Assembly: GCA_038234025.1 (NCBI GenBank)
Contig: JBBSUW010000001.1
Coordinates: 7,126-71,125 of the forward strand
DNA length: 64,000 nucleotides
Source of the DNA: Flavobacteriales bacterium
GTDB taxonomy: Bacteria > Bacteroidota > Bacteroidia > Flavobacteriales > Flavobacteriaceae
Direction of reading: 5' to 3'
Shown here: in pieces, positions 30,293 to 40,959 of the stretch
Layout: each line of letters opens with the position of its first letter
Numbering within the stretch: position 1 is the first letter of the stretch
The notes under the pieces: generated by a model
What the model was told of the DNA's origin: nothing
Databases searched by the model: none
Seen by the model: the letters and a program-made list of their open reading frames with translations, nothing else
Made by a program: the position numbers and the translations under genes

Positions 30293-31918
30293 ATGGCTAA
30301 TTCCGTTCTTACAGCGAAATCGATTTCGTTGGAAAAATATGGCATTCACGATGTAAAGGAGATAATATACAATCCTTCGTATGACCTTTTGTATGATGCA
30401 GAGCTCAATCAAAATCTCGAAGGTTTCGAGCGTGGGCAATTGTCAGAGCTTGGTGCGGTTAATGTTATGACGGGCGTTTTTACGGGTCGTAGCCCAAAGG
30501 ACAAGTACATCGTAAAGGACGACATTACAAAGGACACGATCTGGTGGCCTTCAGAAAAGGCCGTCAACGACAACAAACCTATCTCTCAAAAAACGTGGGA
30601 AGCGCTAAAGGAAAATACGGTTGGCGAACTTTCCAACAAAGAACTATATGTTATAGATGCTTTCTGCGGCGCCAACAAGGACACAAGGCTCAAGGTTCGT
30701 TTTATAATGGAAGTGGCCTGGCAGGCGCATTTTGTAAAGAATATGTTCATCCGGCCGACGGATGCAGAAATGGAAAACTATGGCGAACCTGATTTTGTGG
30801 TGATGAATGCATCCAAAAAAGGTTTTGCTGATTACAAATCGCACAATCTCCATTCAGAAGTATATGTTGCCTTCAACCTTACCGAAAAAATCCAGTTGAT
30901 AGGTGGAACTTGGTATGGCGGCGAAATGAAGAAGGGTCTTTTCTCGATGATGAACTATTATCTGCCGCTTCAGGGTATAGCTTCGATGCACTGTTCTGCC
31001 AACAAGGGCGAGAACGGAGATGTCGCGGTGTTCTTCGGACTTTCGGGCACGGGAAAAACCACTTTGTCAACCGACCCAAAACGCCAGTTGATTGGTGACG
31101 ATGAGCATGGTTGGGACAATGACGGCGTCTTCAATTTTGAAGGTGGTTGCTATGCCAAGACCATAGATCTTAGTAAGGAAAACGAACCAGATATCTACAA
31201 TGCGATCAAACGCGATGCGCTTTTGGAAAACGTGACCGTTGATGAAAACGGAAAAATTGACTTTAAGGACAGTTCGGTTACCCAGAACACAAGGGTTTCA
31301 TATCCGATATACCATATTGATAATATTGTAAAACCAGTGAGCAAGGCCGGACACGCCAACAAGGTGATTTTCCTCACGGCAGATGCGTTTGGCGTAATGC
31401 CACCGGTTGCAAAGCTTACGCCAGAACAGACCAAATATTACTTCCTTTCTGGATTTACCGCAAAACTTGCCGGCACGGAACGCGGTGTTACACAACCACA
31501 GCCAACATTTTCCGCCTGTTTTGGAAAAGCATTTTTATCGCTCCATCCAACGCAGTACGGAACCGAATTGGTAAAGAAAATGGACGCGCACAACACTCAA
31601 GCTTATATGGTGAACACGGGTTGGAACGGTACCGGGAAACGTATTTCGATAAAAGATACCAGGGCGATCATCGACAGTATTCTTGATGGTTCTATTGAAA
31701 AAAGCGAAATGCAGTCGCTTCCGATTTTCAACTTTGAGATACCGAAAAGCCTCAATCATGTGAACGAAGGAATTCTTGATCCACGAAAAACATATGATGA
31801 TGCGTCAACCTGGACGGAAAAAGCAAATGAACTTGCCGGACTTTTCATTAAGAACTTTGCGCAATACGCAGACAATGATGAAGGTAAAAGCCTGATCAAA
31901 GCGGGTCCGCAATTGTAA
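30293..31918 (+). CDS. pckA: Phosphoenolpyruvate carboxykinase (ATP)
   Basis: [24 protein letters not shown] (P-loop), LIGDDEHGW and EGGCYAK. Confidence 0.98.
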   Translation: MANSVLTAKSISLEKYGIHDVKEIIYNPSYDLLYDAELNQNLEGFERGQLSELGAVNVMTGVFTGRSPKDKYIVKDDITKDTIWWPSEKAVNDNKPISQKTWEALKENTVGELSNKELYVIDAFCGANKDTRLKVRFIMEVAWQAHFVKNMFIRPTDAEMENYGEPDFVVMNASKKGFADYKSHNLHSEVYVAFNLTEKIQLIGGTWYGGEMKKGLFSMMNYYLPLQGIASMHCSANKGENGDVAVFFGLSGTGKTTLSTDPKRQLIGDDEHGWDNDGVFNFEGGCYAKTIDLSKENEPDIYNAIKRDALLENVTVDENGKIDFKDSSVTQNTRVSYPIYHIDNIVKPVSKAGHANKVIFLTADAFGVMPPVAKLTPEQTKYYFLSGFTAKLAGTERGVTQPQPTFSACFGKAFLSLHPTQYGTELVKKMDAHNTQAYMVNTGWNGTGKRISIKDTRAIIDSILDGSIEKSEMQSLPIFNFEIPKSLNHVNEGILDPRKTYDDASTWTEKANELAGLFIKNFAQYADNDEGKSLIKAGPQL

Positions 31919-31943
31919 GAAAATAGATTGTTGATTCGAAATG

Positions 31944-31972
31944 AGCGCTGTGAGAACGGCGCTTTTTTTTTG
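31944..31972 (+). terminator. Intrinsic terminator after pckA
   Basis: AGCGCTG-TGAGAA-CGGCGCT stem followed by a T-run. Confidence 0.8.
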
Positions 31973-32020
31973 GGAGATTCAGAACAATGATGAAATTTTA
32001 GGTTGCCCAAAAAAGAACTG

Positions 32021-32770
32021 CTATTTTCCTTTGTTGGCCTCGCCAATATACTTTTCAAGTGCCATTGTCATCGATGGTGTATCGGGCGTTGGTGCAAGAA
32101 TGTCGATACGAAGTCCGTGATCGAGCGCTTCTTTTTGCGTTGTGCTGCCAAAAACGGCGATTCGGGTGCTGTTCTGCTCAAAGTCTGGGAAATTCTTGAA
32201 CAACGATTTTATGCCTGTGGGGCTGAAAAACGCGAGCACATCATAATAAACATCGGCAAGATCTGATAGGTCGCTCATAACGGTCTTGTAGAAAATCGCC
32301 GACGTCCATGCAACCTTCAAGCTGTTCAAGGTTTGTGGCGCATCGCTGTTGAGCTGGTCCGAAGCGGGAAGCAAAAATTTCTCGTCCTTGTATTTTTTGA
32401 TCAGCGATGAAAGGTCCGCAAAATCTTTCTGTCCAACATAGATCTTGCGTTTTCGATACACCACGTACTTCTGAAGGTAGAAAGCAACGGCCTCGGACTG
32501 GCAGAAATATTTGAGGTCTTCGGGAACTTTGTATCGCATCTCGGTGGCCACGCGAAAAAAGTGGTCAACAGAATTCTTGCTCGTTAAAATGATAGCCGAA
32601 AAATTGTGAAGGTCTATTTTTTGCGCCCTAATGTCCTTCGCGGTAACGCCTTCAACATGTATGAAAGGACGAAAATCGATCTTGACCTTGTGCTTTTGCT
32701 GTAACTCAAAATAAGGCGAGTTCTCAACTTTTGGCTCGGGCTGCGATACTAAAATAGTTTTCACTTTCAT
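32021..32770 (-). CDS. hemD: Uroporphyrinogen-III synthase (Bacteroidota type)
   Basis: ILVSQPEP, ILTSKNSVDHFF, FFSPTGIKSL and IAVFGSTT pattern of HemD-family proteins. Confidence 0.82.
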   Translation of the reverse strand: MKVKTILVSQPEPKVENSPYFELQQKHKVKIDFRPFIHVEGVTAKDIRAQKIDLHNFSAIILTSKNSVDHFFRVATEMRYKVPEDLKYFCQSEAVAFYLQKYVVYRKRKIYVGQKDFADLSSLIKKYKDEKFLLPASDQLNSDAPQTLNSLKVAWTSAIFYKTVMSDLSDLADVYYDVLAFFSPTGIKSLFKNFPDFEQNSTRIAVFGSTTQKEALDHGLRIDILAPTPDTPSMTMALEKYIGEANKGK

Positions 32771-32789
32771 ATATTACCTTTTCATGGCG

Positions 32790-33455
32790 CTAGTTCGTCG
32801 TAAAGCTATAGTACAGAAAATAGTAGGGCGCTATTTCGAGAGCGCAAAGATATAAAATAAAGTAAAACAACTTCGACGCCAATAAATTTTGATAATTTTT
32901 CAAGGATACAACGTATGTTAGCAAATTTGCCAACAATACAATCGTTATTATTGCAAAAACCAAAGTTTTTGATATCGAATTATTATAAAAGAGTATTAGG
33001 TCGACCGGAAGCAGAAGCAGACCGATGTATGTTCTATAGCTAACTTTCTGCAAATTGAACTGCTCCACAAGTTCTTCGATGCGAAAAACAGAGCCGATAA
33101 TTTGTTCAAAAAGGAATTTTGAAAGCACAAATACCGATAGTAGGGTGAAAATTCTCACAAATCGAACCCAATCACTTTTGACGCCAAAGCCAAAATAAGA
33201 AAGGGAAAGATGCAAAAAAAACGAAATTGAAACGAGCTGGACGATAAAAAGCGCGACTGTGAATCCGCTTCTCAAATGGCTGCTGTCGCGATAGACCTTT
33301 ATGTACTTGTCGCTTGCGCCAAGATTTAAAAATTCGGCAAAACGTGCTTCAAAAACCGTCCTTGCCGAAGCAACGAGCACCATCGCTACAACAAATATGA
33401 CAGTTGCCCAATCAGATTCGCCAACAGTTCGCAGGTTTGAGATAGCGTGCTCCAT
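32790..33455 (-). CDS. DUF4271 family membrane protein
   Basis: Multiple TMs with the C-terminal FYFILYLCALEIAP signature. Confidence 0.85.
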   Translation of the reverse strand: MEHAISNLRTVGESDWATVIFVVAMVLVASARTVFEARFAEFLNLGASDKYIKVYRDSSHLRSGFTVALFIVQLVSISFFLHLSLSYFGFGVKSDWVRFVRIFTLLSVFVLSKFLFEQIIGSVFRIEELVEQFNLQKVSYRTYIGLLLLPVDLILFYNNSISKTLVFAIITIVLLANLLTYVVSLKNYQNLLASKLFYFILYLCALEIAPYYFLYYSFTTN

Positions 33456-33572
33456 CGCGGCAAAATTAACGCTTTTCTGCCCTGAATTTTTGCGCCACCA
33501 CCACTTTTTATTAGCAGTTTCTTGTGCACGGGCAGTCAGAAAAAAGTTATTTTTGCGCTACTATCCAAGCCT

Positions 33573-34298
33573 ATGAGCGACAGCATCGTCATCATTCCCA
33601 CCTACAACGAAATCGAGAATATCGAAGCAATTTTGCGTTCGGTATTTTCACTTCACCGACATTTTGATGTGCTGGTGGTCGATGACAATTCGCCCGATGG
33701 CACATCCCAAAAAGTTTCGGCGCTGCAAAATGAATTTGCCGAAAGGCTCTATTTGATAAACAGGGCCAGGAAAAGCGGACTTGGGACAGCCTATGTAGCG
33801 GGTTTCAAATGGGCGCTCGAACGAGATTATGAATTTATTTTTGAGATGGATGCCGACTTTTCGCACGACCCAAAAGATCTTGAAAAACTGCACGATGCAT
33901 GTCATCTCGGCGGCGCAGATGTTGCCATCGGATCAAGATATATTACTGGAGTGAACGTTGTCAACTGGCCGCTCAATCGAGTTTTAATGTCCTATTTTGC
34001 ATCGACTTACGTTCGGTTCATTACCGGAATGAAGATTCGTGATGCGACAGCGGGTTTTGTTTGCTACAAAAGAACCGTGATCCAAACGCTCAAGCTCGAC
34101 CGCATAAAGTTCATTGGTTACGCTTTCCAGATCGAGATGAAATACCGCGCTTTCGCGAAAGATTTTCGCATCGTTGAAGTACCGATCATTTTTACCGACA
34201 GGACAAAGGGTGTTTCCAAAATGAGCAACTCTATAATAAAGGAAGCGGTTTTTGGTGTGATCAGTTTGCGGATGCAACATTTTTTCAATCGACTTTAA
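33573..34298 (+). CDS. Polyprenol monophosphomannose synthase (GT2)
   Basis: IIPTYNE, VDDNSPDGT, GLGTAY, MDADFSH and GYAFQIE. Confidence 0.92.
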   Translation: MSDSIVIIPTYNEIENIEAILRSVFSLHRHFDVLVVDDNSPDGTSQKVSALQNEFAERLYLINRARKSGLGTAYVAGFKWALERDYEFIFEMDADFSHDPKDLEKLHDACHLGGADVAIGSRYITGVNVVNWPLNRVLMSYFASTYVRFITGMKIRDATAGFVCYKRTVIQTLKLDRIKFIGYAFQIEMKYRAFAKDFRIVEVPIIFTDRTKGVSKMSNSIIKEAVFGVISLRMQHFFNRL

Positions 34299-34312
34299 AT
34301 ATTTTTAAGCAA

Positions 34313-35647
34313 ATGAAAACGCTGATCAAAAACGCGAAGATCGTAAACGAGGGAAATATAACCGAAAGCGATTTGCTGATAGAAGGGCAATATATTTCTG
34401 TGATCGCAAAAACCATCAGTTCGATTGGCGTTGACAATGTTATCGATGCGAACGGTCTTCATCTTTTGCCCGGAATGATCGACGATCAAGTTCATTTTCG
34501 CGAACCTGGATTGACGCACAAAGGCGATATTTTTTCCGAATCGAGAGCTGCCGCTGCTGGCGGAATCACAAGTTTTATCGAACAGCCAAACACGGTTCCA
34601 AACGCGGTAACGCAAGAAATCCTGGAACAGAAATATGTTGTTGCGTCGCAAAATTCGATGGTCAATTACTCGTTTATGATGGGCGCGACCAACGATAATC
34701 TGGAGGAAGTTTTGAAAACAAATCCTTCCAACGTGGCGGGCATCAAAATTTTTCTGGGCTCGTCAACGGGAAACATGTTGGTCGATAACGAAGCGACATT
34801 GGAACGAATTTTCAGCAGCACCAAAATGCTGATCGCCGTTCACTGCGAGGACGAAGCGACAATCGCGAAAAATTTGGCCGCAGCCAAAGAAAAATTTGGA
34901 GACGATATTCCCATTGATCAACATCCAATAATCAGAAGCGCGGAGGCTTGTTATATCTCTTCATCAAAGGCTGTGGAACTTGCAAACAGGACAGGCGCGC
35001 GACTTCATGTTTTCCATCTTTCGACCGCAAAGGAAATGGAGCTTTTTCGCAATGACATCCCGCTTTCGCAAAAAAAAATCACGGCAGAAGTCTGTGTTCA
35101 TCACTTGATTTTTTCGGATGAAGATTATTCCGAAAAAGGAAATTTCATCAAATGGAATCCTGCCGTAAAGTCGAAAACCGACCGCGAAGCGCTTTGGAAA
35201 GCCCTGCTCGATGACCGAATAGACGTGATCGCTACAGATCATGCGCCGCACACATTGGAGGAGAAAAGCCAGCAATATTTGAATGCGCCATCGGGCGGGC
35301 CATTGGTTCAGCACGCTTTGGTCGCACTTCTTCAGGAACATAAGAATGGAAGAATTTCATTGGAAAAAATCGTCGAAAAAACGGCGCACAATCCGGCAAT
35401 ATTGTTCAATATCGACAGGCGCGGTTTCATTCGAGAGGGATATTTTGCGGACATTGTCCTTGTTGACCCGAAAGATGCTTGGACGGTCGATAGGTCCAAT
35501 ATTCTTTACAAATGTGGCTGGTCGCCGTTTGAGCGAACAACTTTTGATGCCAGTATTTCCAAGACATTCGTCAATGGAAAACTGGTTTATGACAGTAAAA
35601 AGCTGACCGCCGAAATCGCCGGAATGCGGCTTGCCTTTAACCGATAA
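34313..35647 (+). CDS. pyrC: Dihydroorotase
   Basis: IDDQVHFREPG, AAGGIT, VHCED, KWNP and IATDHAPH amidohydrolase motifs. Confidence 0.9.
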   Translation: MKTLIKNAKIVNEGNITESDLLIEGQYISVIAKTISSIGVDNVIDANGLHLLPGMIDDQVHFREPGLTHKGDIFSESRAAAAGGITSFIEQPNTVPNAVTQEILEQKYVVASQNSMVNYSFMMGATNDNLEEVLKTNPSNVAGIKIFLGSSTGNMLVDNEATLERIFSSTKMLIAVHCEDEATIAKNLAAAKEKFGDDIPIDQHPIIRSAEACYISSSKAVELANRTGARLHVFHLSTAKEMELFRNDIPLSQKKITAEVCVHHLIFSDEDYSEKGNFIKWNPAVKSKTDREALWKALLDDRIDVIATDHAPHTLEEKSQQYLNAPSGGPLVQHALVALLQEHKNGRISLEKIVEKTAHNPAILFNIDRRGFIREGYFADIVLVDPKDAWTVDRSNILYKCGWSPFERTTFDASISKTFVNGKLVYDSKKLTAEIAGMRLAFNR

Positions 35648-35656
35648 TTCATATTT

Positions 35657-36061
35657 ATGAGATACTTGACGATAATGTTTTCGCTCCTTCTGCTTTCCTG
35701 CGGTAACTCGGTCAAGAGACCAGACAATCTTATCAGCCGAGAAAATATGGTGAAAATCATCTACGATCTTGCGGTGATAGAAGCGACGAGAACGCAAATT
35801 CCACGCGCCGAACAAAAGTATGGCGAGTCGCCGCAGAAATTTATTTTCAGAAAGTACAATATTGACAGTCTGCAGTTTGTGAACAGCAATACATATTACG
35901 CTGCCGAGCCAAAAAAGTACAAAAAGATTTTTGACGAGGTAAGCGAAAAACTTACAGCTAACAAAACCAAGGCAGATTCTTTGGCGAAAGTATTGGACGA
36001 AAATCCTGCGTTCAAAAAGACGATGCCGATCATATCTCCCGAGGAAGGTGTCATAAAATAG
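35657..36061 (+). CDS. DUF4296 family lipoprotein
   Basis: Lipobox LLSC; PDNLIS...M..I.YDL and KY.IDS.QF..SN.YY pattern. Confidence 0.85.
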   Translation: MRYLTIMFSLLLLSCGNSVKRPDNLISRENMVKIIYDLAVIEATRTQIPRAEQKYGESPQKFIFRKYNIDSLQFVNSNTYYAAEPKKYKKIFDEVSEKLTANKTKADSLAKVLDENPAFKKTMPIISPEEGVIK

Positions 36062-37055
36062 CGGAATATTTTTCGGCTGTTTTTTGCAAAGTTATTTCAA
36101 GCGATTGGAATTCAAACCCAAAAGTTTTTTGGACCAGATTGCTATCCACTTCAGAAACGCTGTGCAAAGATCTGTGAATGTCATGGGTTAGCAATTGGCT
36201 TCCGTCGAAAAACCACTTTTTAACCGATAATATTCTTGCAGTAAGTGCGGTCAGCCAAGGTTGTGCCAATTTGGTTGGCGCGTCGACTTTATATATTTTG
36301 GCAAGTATATCCAGCAAACCTTTTACTGGAACATTTTCACTAACTACCGAAAAACGAGCATTCTCAACTTGGGAATCTAGTGCCATAACAGCAATTTTTG
36401 CCACATCTTCGGCGCTCACGACCGAAATGATTCCATTCGTATAATATTTAAAACCGTTTGCCGCATTTTTAAAAATGACCGCACTGCTTTCAAAATGAGA
36501 ATGATATCCCAAGATAACGCCAGGATTCAGAATCACCGTGGAAAGGCCCTCGTTCTGGCCACGCCAAACTTCCATTTCCCCTCCAAACTTTGAAATGGCG
36601 TAATCGCTGTGGTAACTTTCGGGATTCCATTCAGATCTCTCCGAGATTTTTTCGCTAAGCTTCGGATTTCCAAGTGCTGCGATAGAACTGATATGGCAGA
36701 GTTTTTTGACGTTTTTTGCCAAGCATAGATTCACAATATTGGCCGTTCCCTCAATATTTGTTTTCCGAAGTTGTGGCTCGTCATCTTTATCGAATGATAC
36801 AAAACCTGCGCAATGATAGACAAAATCAACATTCGCGAAAGCGTTTTCCAATGATGGAATATCCGTAATGTCGGCTTTCTGCCATTGGATTTTTTCGAAA
36901 AGATTACATTCTGAAACCTTGAAAAGCATCCGGACATTTTCCTTGCCCACTTCCTCGCGAAAAATAGCGCGCACTTTTGCGTTGATGTTTTGCGAAAGCA
37001 GTTGAAGTAAAAGGTGCGAACCCACAAGACCCGTGGCGCCGGTGACGAGTATCAT
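36051..37055 (-). CDS. NAD-dependent epimerase/dehydratase
   Basis: ILVTGATGLVG, HCAG, HISSIA and YAISK (YxxxK). Confidence 0.92.
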   Translation of the reverse strand: MILVTGATGLVGSHLLLQLLSQNINAKVRAIFREEVGKENVRMLFKVSECNLFEKIQWQKADITDIPSLENAFANVDFVYHCAGFVSFDKDDEPQLRKTNIEGTANIVNLCLAKNVKKLCHISSIAALGNPKLSEKISERSEWNPESYHSDYAISKFGGEMEVWRGQNEGLSTVILNPGVILGYHSHFESSAVIFKNAANGFKYYTNGIISVVSAEDVAKIAVMALDSQVENARFSVVSENVPVKGLLDILAKIYKVDAPTKLAQPWLTALTARILSVKKWFFDGSQLLTHDIHRSLHSVSEVDSNLVQKTFGFEFQSLEITLQKTAEKYSAIL

Positions 37056-37154
37056 TTCGCAAAATTACGCAAAATATACTTTCATGTTTTGGCAAAAATC
37101 CCATGACAACAGCGGTTTTCGACTTTAAATTTTATCTTTGTCCAAATACGTAAC

Positions 37155-38504
37155 ATGGAAAATCTAGTTGCAGAACTGCAGTGGCGCGGGCTTTATCATG
37201 ATGCAACGCCGGGATCGGAAGCGCAGCTTTTGCGCGAAGCAACGACTGCTTACATCGGGTTTGACCCAACGGCCGACAGTCTTCATATTGGCAGTTTGGT
37301 GCAGATCGTGCTGTTGATGCACTTGCGCAATTTTGGACATCAACCAATTGCTTTGGTCGGCGGCGCGACGGGCATGATCGGCGATCCATCCGGGAAATCA
37401 GACGAGAGAAATTTATTGGACGAGGAAACGCTGAAAAAAAACGCAGCGGGGATCAAAGATGTTCTTTCAAGATTCCTGGACTTTAAATCATTGGATATGA
37501 ACGCGCCGATGCTCGTCAACAATTATGATTGGATGAAGGATTTTACGTTCATCGATTTTGCTAGAGAAGTGGGCAAACGGATCACTGTCAATTATATGAT
37601 GGCAAAAGATTCGGTCAAGAAACGGCTTTCGGGCGAAGTTGGCGACGGCATGTCGTTCACCGAGTTTACATATCAATTGATTCAGGGCTACGACTTTTAC
37701 CATTTGCATAAATATTTCAACTGCGTGCTTCAAATGGGCGGCAGCGATCAATGGGGAAACATCACGACCGGAACCGAACTGGTGCGCAGAATGAACGTTG
37801 ACAATGCCGAAACCACCAAGGCTTTTGCGCTAACCACGCCTTTGGTCACAAAATCCGATGGCACAAAATTCGGGAAATCCGAAAACGGAAATGTGTGGCT
37901 CGATGCCTCCAAAACCTCGGTCTACAGATTTTACCAATTCTGGTTCAATACCAGTGATGAGGATGCCGAAAAATACATCAAGATTTTTACGTTTCTGAAA
38001 CAGGCAGAAATCGAAAAATTGATTCTTGAACATCGTGAGGCCGCGCATTTGAGAATTCTCCAAAAGCGATTGGCACAAGAAGTAACTGTCATGGTTCATG
38101 GCGCCGACGAATACGAATCGGCGGTTATGGCTTCATCTATTTTATTTGGAAATTCCAATGCCGATGCGCTCAAGAGACTCAACGAGCAGACATTTCTGGA
38201 TGTTTTTGATGGCGTTCCGCAGGCAGAAATATTTGCCGACGAACTCGATGATGGCATTCCTATAATCGATGTTCTCAATGAAAAAAGCGGATTCTTGAAA
38301 TCGAACGGCGAGGCGAGAAGAGCGCTCCAAGAAAATTCCATATACGTAAACCGTGAAAGAGTGGACGAGGATTTTGCGCTTTCGCAAGACGACCTAATCA
38401 ATAATCAATTCGTGCTTTTGCAGCGTGGCAAAAAGAATTATTTTGTGCTTCGCGCGGTTCAAAGGTCGTTGTTGGACAAAATGCAATTGCCGGAGATAAG
38501 GTAG
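37155..38504 (+). CDS. tyrS: Tyrosine--tRNA ligase
   Basis: [26 protein letters not shown] and an S4-like C-terminal domain. Confidence 0.98.
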   Translation: MENLVAELQWRGLYHDATPGSEAQLLREATTAYIGFDPTADSLHIGSLVQIVLLMHLRNFGHQPIALVGGATGMIGDPSGKSDERNLLDEETLKKNAAGIKDVLSRFLDFKSLDMNAPMLVNNYDWMKDFTFIDFAREVGKRITVNYMMAKDSVKKRLSGEVGDGMSFTEFTYQLIQGYDFYHLHKYFNCVLQMGGSDQWGNITTGTELVRRMNVDNAETTKAFALTTPLVTKSDGTKFGKSENGNVWLDASKTSVYRFYQFWFNTSDEDAEKYIKIFTFLKQAEIEKLILEHREAAHLRILQKRLAQEVTVMVHGADEYESAVMASSILFGNSNADALKRLNEQTFLDVFDGVPQAEIFADELDDGIPIIDVLNEKSGFLKSNGEARRALQENSIYVNRERVDEDFALSQDDLINNQFVLLQRGKKNYFVLRAVQRSLLDKMQLPEIR

Positions 38505-38505
38505 C

Positions 38506-39483
38506 TCAGATCACCATCAAATTACAGCCTCGGATCTCGCTATTGTCAAACCTTCCCAGAACCTCAAATCCGCCGTCAGTTTGTGATCTTCCCAAATCTT
38601 CTGTGGCGATGAACGCGCAGGAATTCAGGTTTGCCAGATCGATCACGTTGATGCCGCCGGTTTTTCCATTCGGGACGCAACCAAAAGGATCTTCGGTATC
38701 TCTAATCAGAACTTTCATCCACGGCGGGCAATTAAAAATTCCTTTTCCAATAGAATAGGCTTGTGACAAAAGTTCGGTCATCCCGTATTCCGAATGGATT
38801 TCGGTCACGCCAAAACCCTCTTTTAAAATTTCGTGAAGTTCCGTTCGTACCATTTCGCGCCTTTTTCCCTTCATTCCGCCGGTTTCCATCACGATCGTGT
38901 TTTTCAGCGAAAGCTTTTCTTTTTCGATAAGATCAAGTAGCGCATAGGTAACGCCGAGCAAGATTGCTTTTTTGGAACCATCGATTTTCTTGATTTGCGC
39001 GACAAGCGCATCCAGATCATGGAGATAATATCCGCTTTTGTCCGATTTTGAATCGTTGATCAAACCATCGACCATGAAGATCAATGACGAACCCGCGCGG
39101 TCCAGATATGACGGCAAAAGCGCCAAAATTGTATAATCTTCTACATTGCCATAAAATTTAGAGAAACCCTTTCGAAAGCTTTCGCCGTACAGCGAAATAT
39201 CGGTAACGTGATGGTTGCTGGTGAAAGAACCAGTCGTTCCACTGCTCGTGAAAATTTCCTCTATTTCACGGTTTCCGGTTATGACTTTGTGCGATTTAAA
39301 AAATGAAATTGGCAGAAACGGAATCTGTTGGAGCGCATTCACATCCCTAACCTGGGTGTTCAGCAATTCGCAGAATTCGCGATAAACCACATTGTCATCA
39401 TATTGTATCTGAAAGACTTCGAGCGCGAGCTTGGTAAAATCGCTGTCGTTGTTGATCGAGAAAATTTGCGTCTGAATGTTCAA
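38506..39483 (-). CDS. LuxE/PaaK-like acyl-protein synthetase family protein
   Basis: IPFLPISFFK, FTSSGTTG, METGGMKG, SEYGMTELLSQ and RGCN; likely TTG start at 39483, since the track start lies inside a terminator hairpin. Confidence 0.85.
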   Translation of the reverse strand: MNIQTQIFSINNDSDFTKLALEVFQIQYDDNVVYREFCELLNTQVRDVNALQQIPFLPISFFKSHKVITGNREIEEIFTSSGTTGSFTSNHHVTDISLYGESFRKGFSKFYGNVEDYTILALLPSYLDRAGSSLIFMVDGLINDSKSDKSGYYLHDLDALVAQIKKIDGSKKAILLGVTYALLDLIEKEKLSLKNTIVMETGGMKGKRREMVRTELHEILKEGFGVTEIHSEYGMTELLSQAYSIGKGIFNCPPWMKVLIRDTEDPFGCVPNGKTGGINVIDLANLNSCAFIATEDLGRSQTDGGFEVLGRFDNSEIRGCNLMVI

Positions 39484-39502
39484 TGCTGAATTTTTTTTTT
39501 GC

Positions 39503-39535
39503 AAAAAAAAAGCTCCAACAATGCTGGAGCTTTTT
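39503..39535 (-). terminator. Intrinsic terminator after the T9SS cargo gene
   Basis: AAAAAGCTCCA...TGGAGCTTTTT symmetrical stem with A/T tails. Confidence 0.8.
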
Positions 39536-39551
39536 GATTATTTATGTTGGA

Positions 39552-40397
39552 CTATTCAACAACCAATTTGCGTGTTGCTGTTTTTCCATCTTCAGTGATT
39601 TTTACGATGTAAACACCTGAATGAAGTGCAGAAACATTCATAGGCTGTGCAGCCACGTTCGCGCTCATTACTTGTTTTCCAAGAATGTCAAAAATAGCAA
39701 CGCTTTTAGTGGAGTTGTTGTCGGAAGAGACGTAAAGGTTCCCATTTCTGACCGGGTTTGGATAAACCTTAAGACCAGAGATGCTGTTTTCTTTCAGACC
39801 AAGTGAAGTTCCGCTAACGGTAAGGTTGTCAAATCTCCAAGTTCCGCCCGTTCCATAAGTTCCAGTTCCTACTTGCGCGTATGCCGAAGTTCCGGGAGCA
39901 AAGATCGAAACCATTCTGCAAGCGAATGAAGGATTGTTTGCTGCTCCAGCAGGAAGCGTGTAAGTGGTGGTTGGCCAAAGTACCCCAGCGCCCACATTCG
40001 TAAGTGTTCCGCCATTGTTTCCTAAAACAATCCAAGGTGCGGTGCCAGTTAGACTGTACTCGAACTGCTCCCATTTCGAAGCCGTATTTGAACCCTTTCT
40101 ATCATAAGCCACAGAAATACCGGTGAAGCCAAGCGTGCTTACATTTGCTTGAAGACCCGCTGTGCCCGACGCAGTTGCATCTGCTGGAAAATTTGTGATA
40201 TTGAGTGCTCTGTCAGTTCCTGTCACAATAGAATTTCCCGCGGCATAACCTTCAGTAGTTCCACCAATAAGGGTGAGTGTTCCAGTTCCTGTTGTAGCGG
40301 TAAGGTTATCACCATCAAAGTTCCACGCTGTGATGGTTACTTGTGCGAAGCCCATTGAGGTGCACGCGACCAATAATAGTGTGTAGAGTTTTTTCAT
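39552..40397 (-). CDS. T9SS type A cargo protein with a Thr/Gly-rich beta-sandwich domain
   Basis: Signal peptide MKKLYTLLL; C-terminal KVYPNPV...IFDILGKQV...SGVYIVK...TRKLVVE sorting domain. Confidence 0.88.
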   Translation of the reverse strand: MKKLYTLLLVACTSMGFAQVTITAWNFDGDNLTATTGTGTLTLIGGTTEGYAAGNSIVTGTDRALNITNFPADATASGTAGLQANVSTLGFTGISVAYDRKGSNTASKWEQFEYSLTGTAPWIVLGNNGGTLTNVGAGVLWPTTTYTLPAGAANNPSFACRMVSIFAPGTSAYAQVGTGTYGTGGTWRFDNLTVSGTSLGLKENSISGLKVYPNPVRNGNLYVSSDNNSTKSVAIFDILGKQVMSANVAAQPMNVSALHSGVYIVKITEDGKTATRKLVVE

Positions 40398-40497
40398 TTT
40401 GGGTATAGTTAAATTTAGACTGCAAAGATAGTAACAAATAGTTTTAAGAAAACCTGAATCAATGTCAAAAAATCATTAAATCTTGTCTATAGAATTT

Positions 40498-40821
40498 TTA
40501 TCGTACTATGAGCTTGCGTGTCGCGGTGGAATTGCCTTCTTGGATTTTTATGATGTAAACACCGGGAGAAAGACCTGCCACTGAAAGTTCTTTTGAAGTC
40601 AAAGTTGCCTGTATTACAGGCTTTCCAAGAACATCGTAGATTGTTACGTCCTTGTCGACAGCATTTTTGGACGTGATGAAAATCTTGCCATTGCTCACTG
40701 GATTTGGATAGAACGAAATTCCTTCTATTCCTTCGGAATTATTCATTTTGCCTTCTTGCGCGCTCATCGAGCACGTTAAAAGCAACATCAGGATTGCGGG
40801 GATAAAATATTTTTTTGCCAT
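40498..40821 (-). CDS. Protein consisting only of a signal peptide and a T9SS type A sorting domain
   Basis: Signal peptide, about 12 residues, then FYPNPVSNG...IYDVLGK...PGVYIIK...TRKLIVR. Confidence 0.85.
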   Translation of the reverse strand: MAKKYFIPAILMLLLTCSMSAQEGKMNNSEGIEGISFYPNPVSNGKIFITSKNAVDKDVTIYDVLGKPVIQATLTSKELSVAGLSPGVYIIKIQEGNSTATRKLIVR

Positions 40822-40910
40822 GGGGATTGGTTTTGCATTGTAAAAGTATCACTTTTATTTCAAATACCGCGCCAGTAACGGAATTCTGCAATTGGTTGGC
40901 TCATAAATGT

Positions 40911-40935
40911 AAAAAAGCACCCCGAAAGGTGCTTT
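40911..40935 (-). terminator. Intrinsic terminator after the lipoprotein gene
   Basis: AAAGCACC...GGTGCTTT stem with an A-run giving a U tail on the minus strand. Confidence 0.75.
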
Positions 40936-40959
40936 AGGTATTTAATTCGAAATATCTTT

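Noticed and set aside
38460-38504. C-terminal extension of TyrS ([14 protein letters not shown])
   Set aside because: Best explained by stop-codon drift up to the convergent neighbour; no evidence of function.
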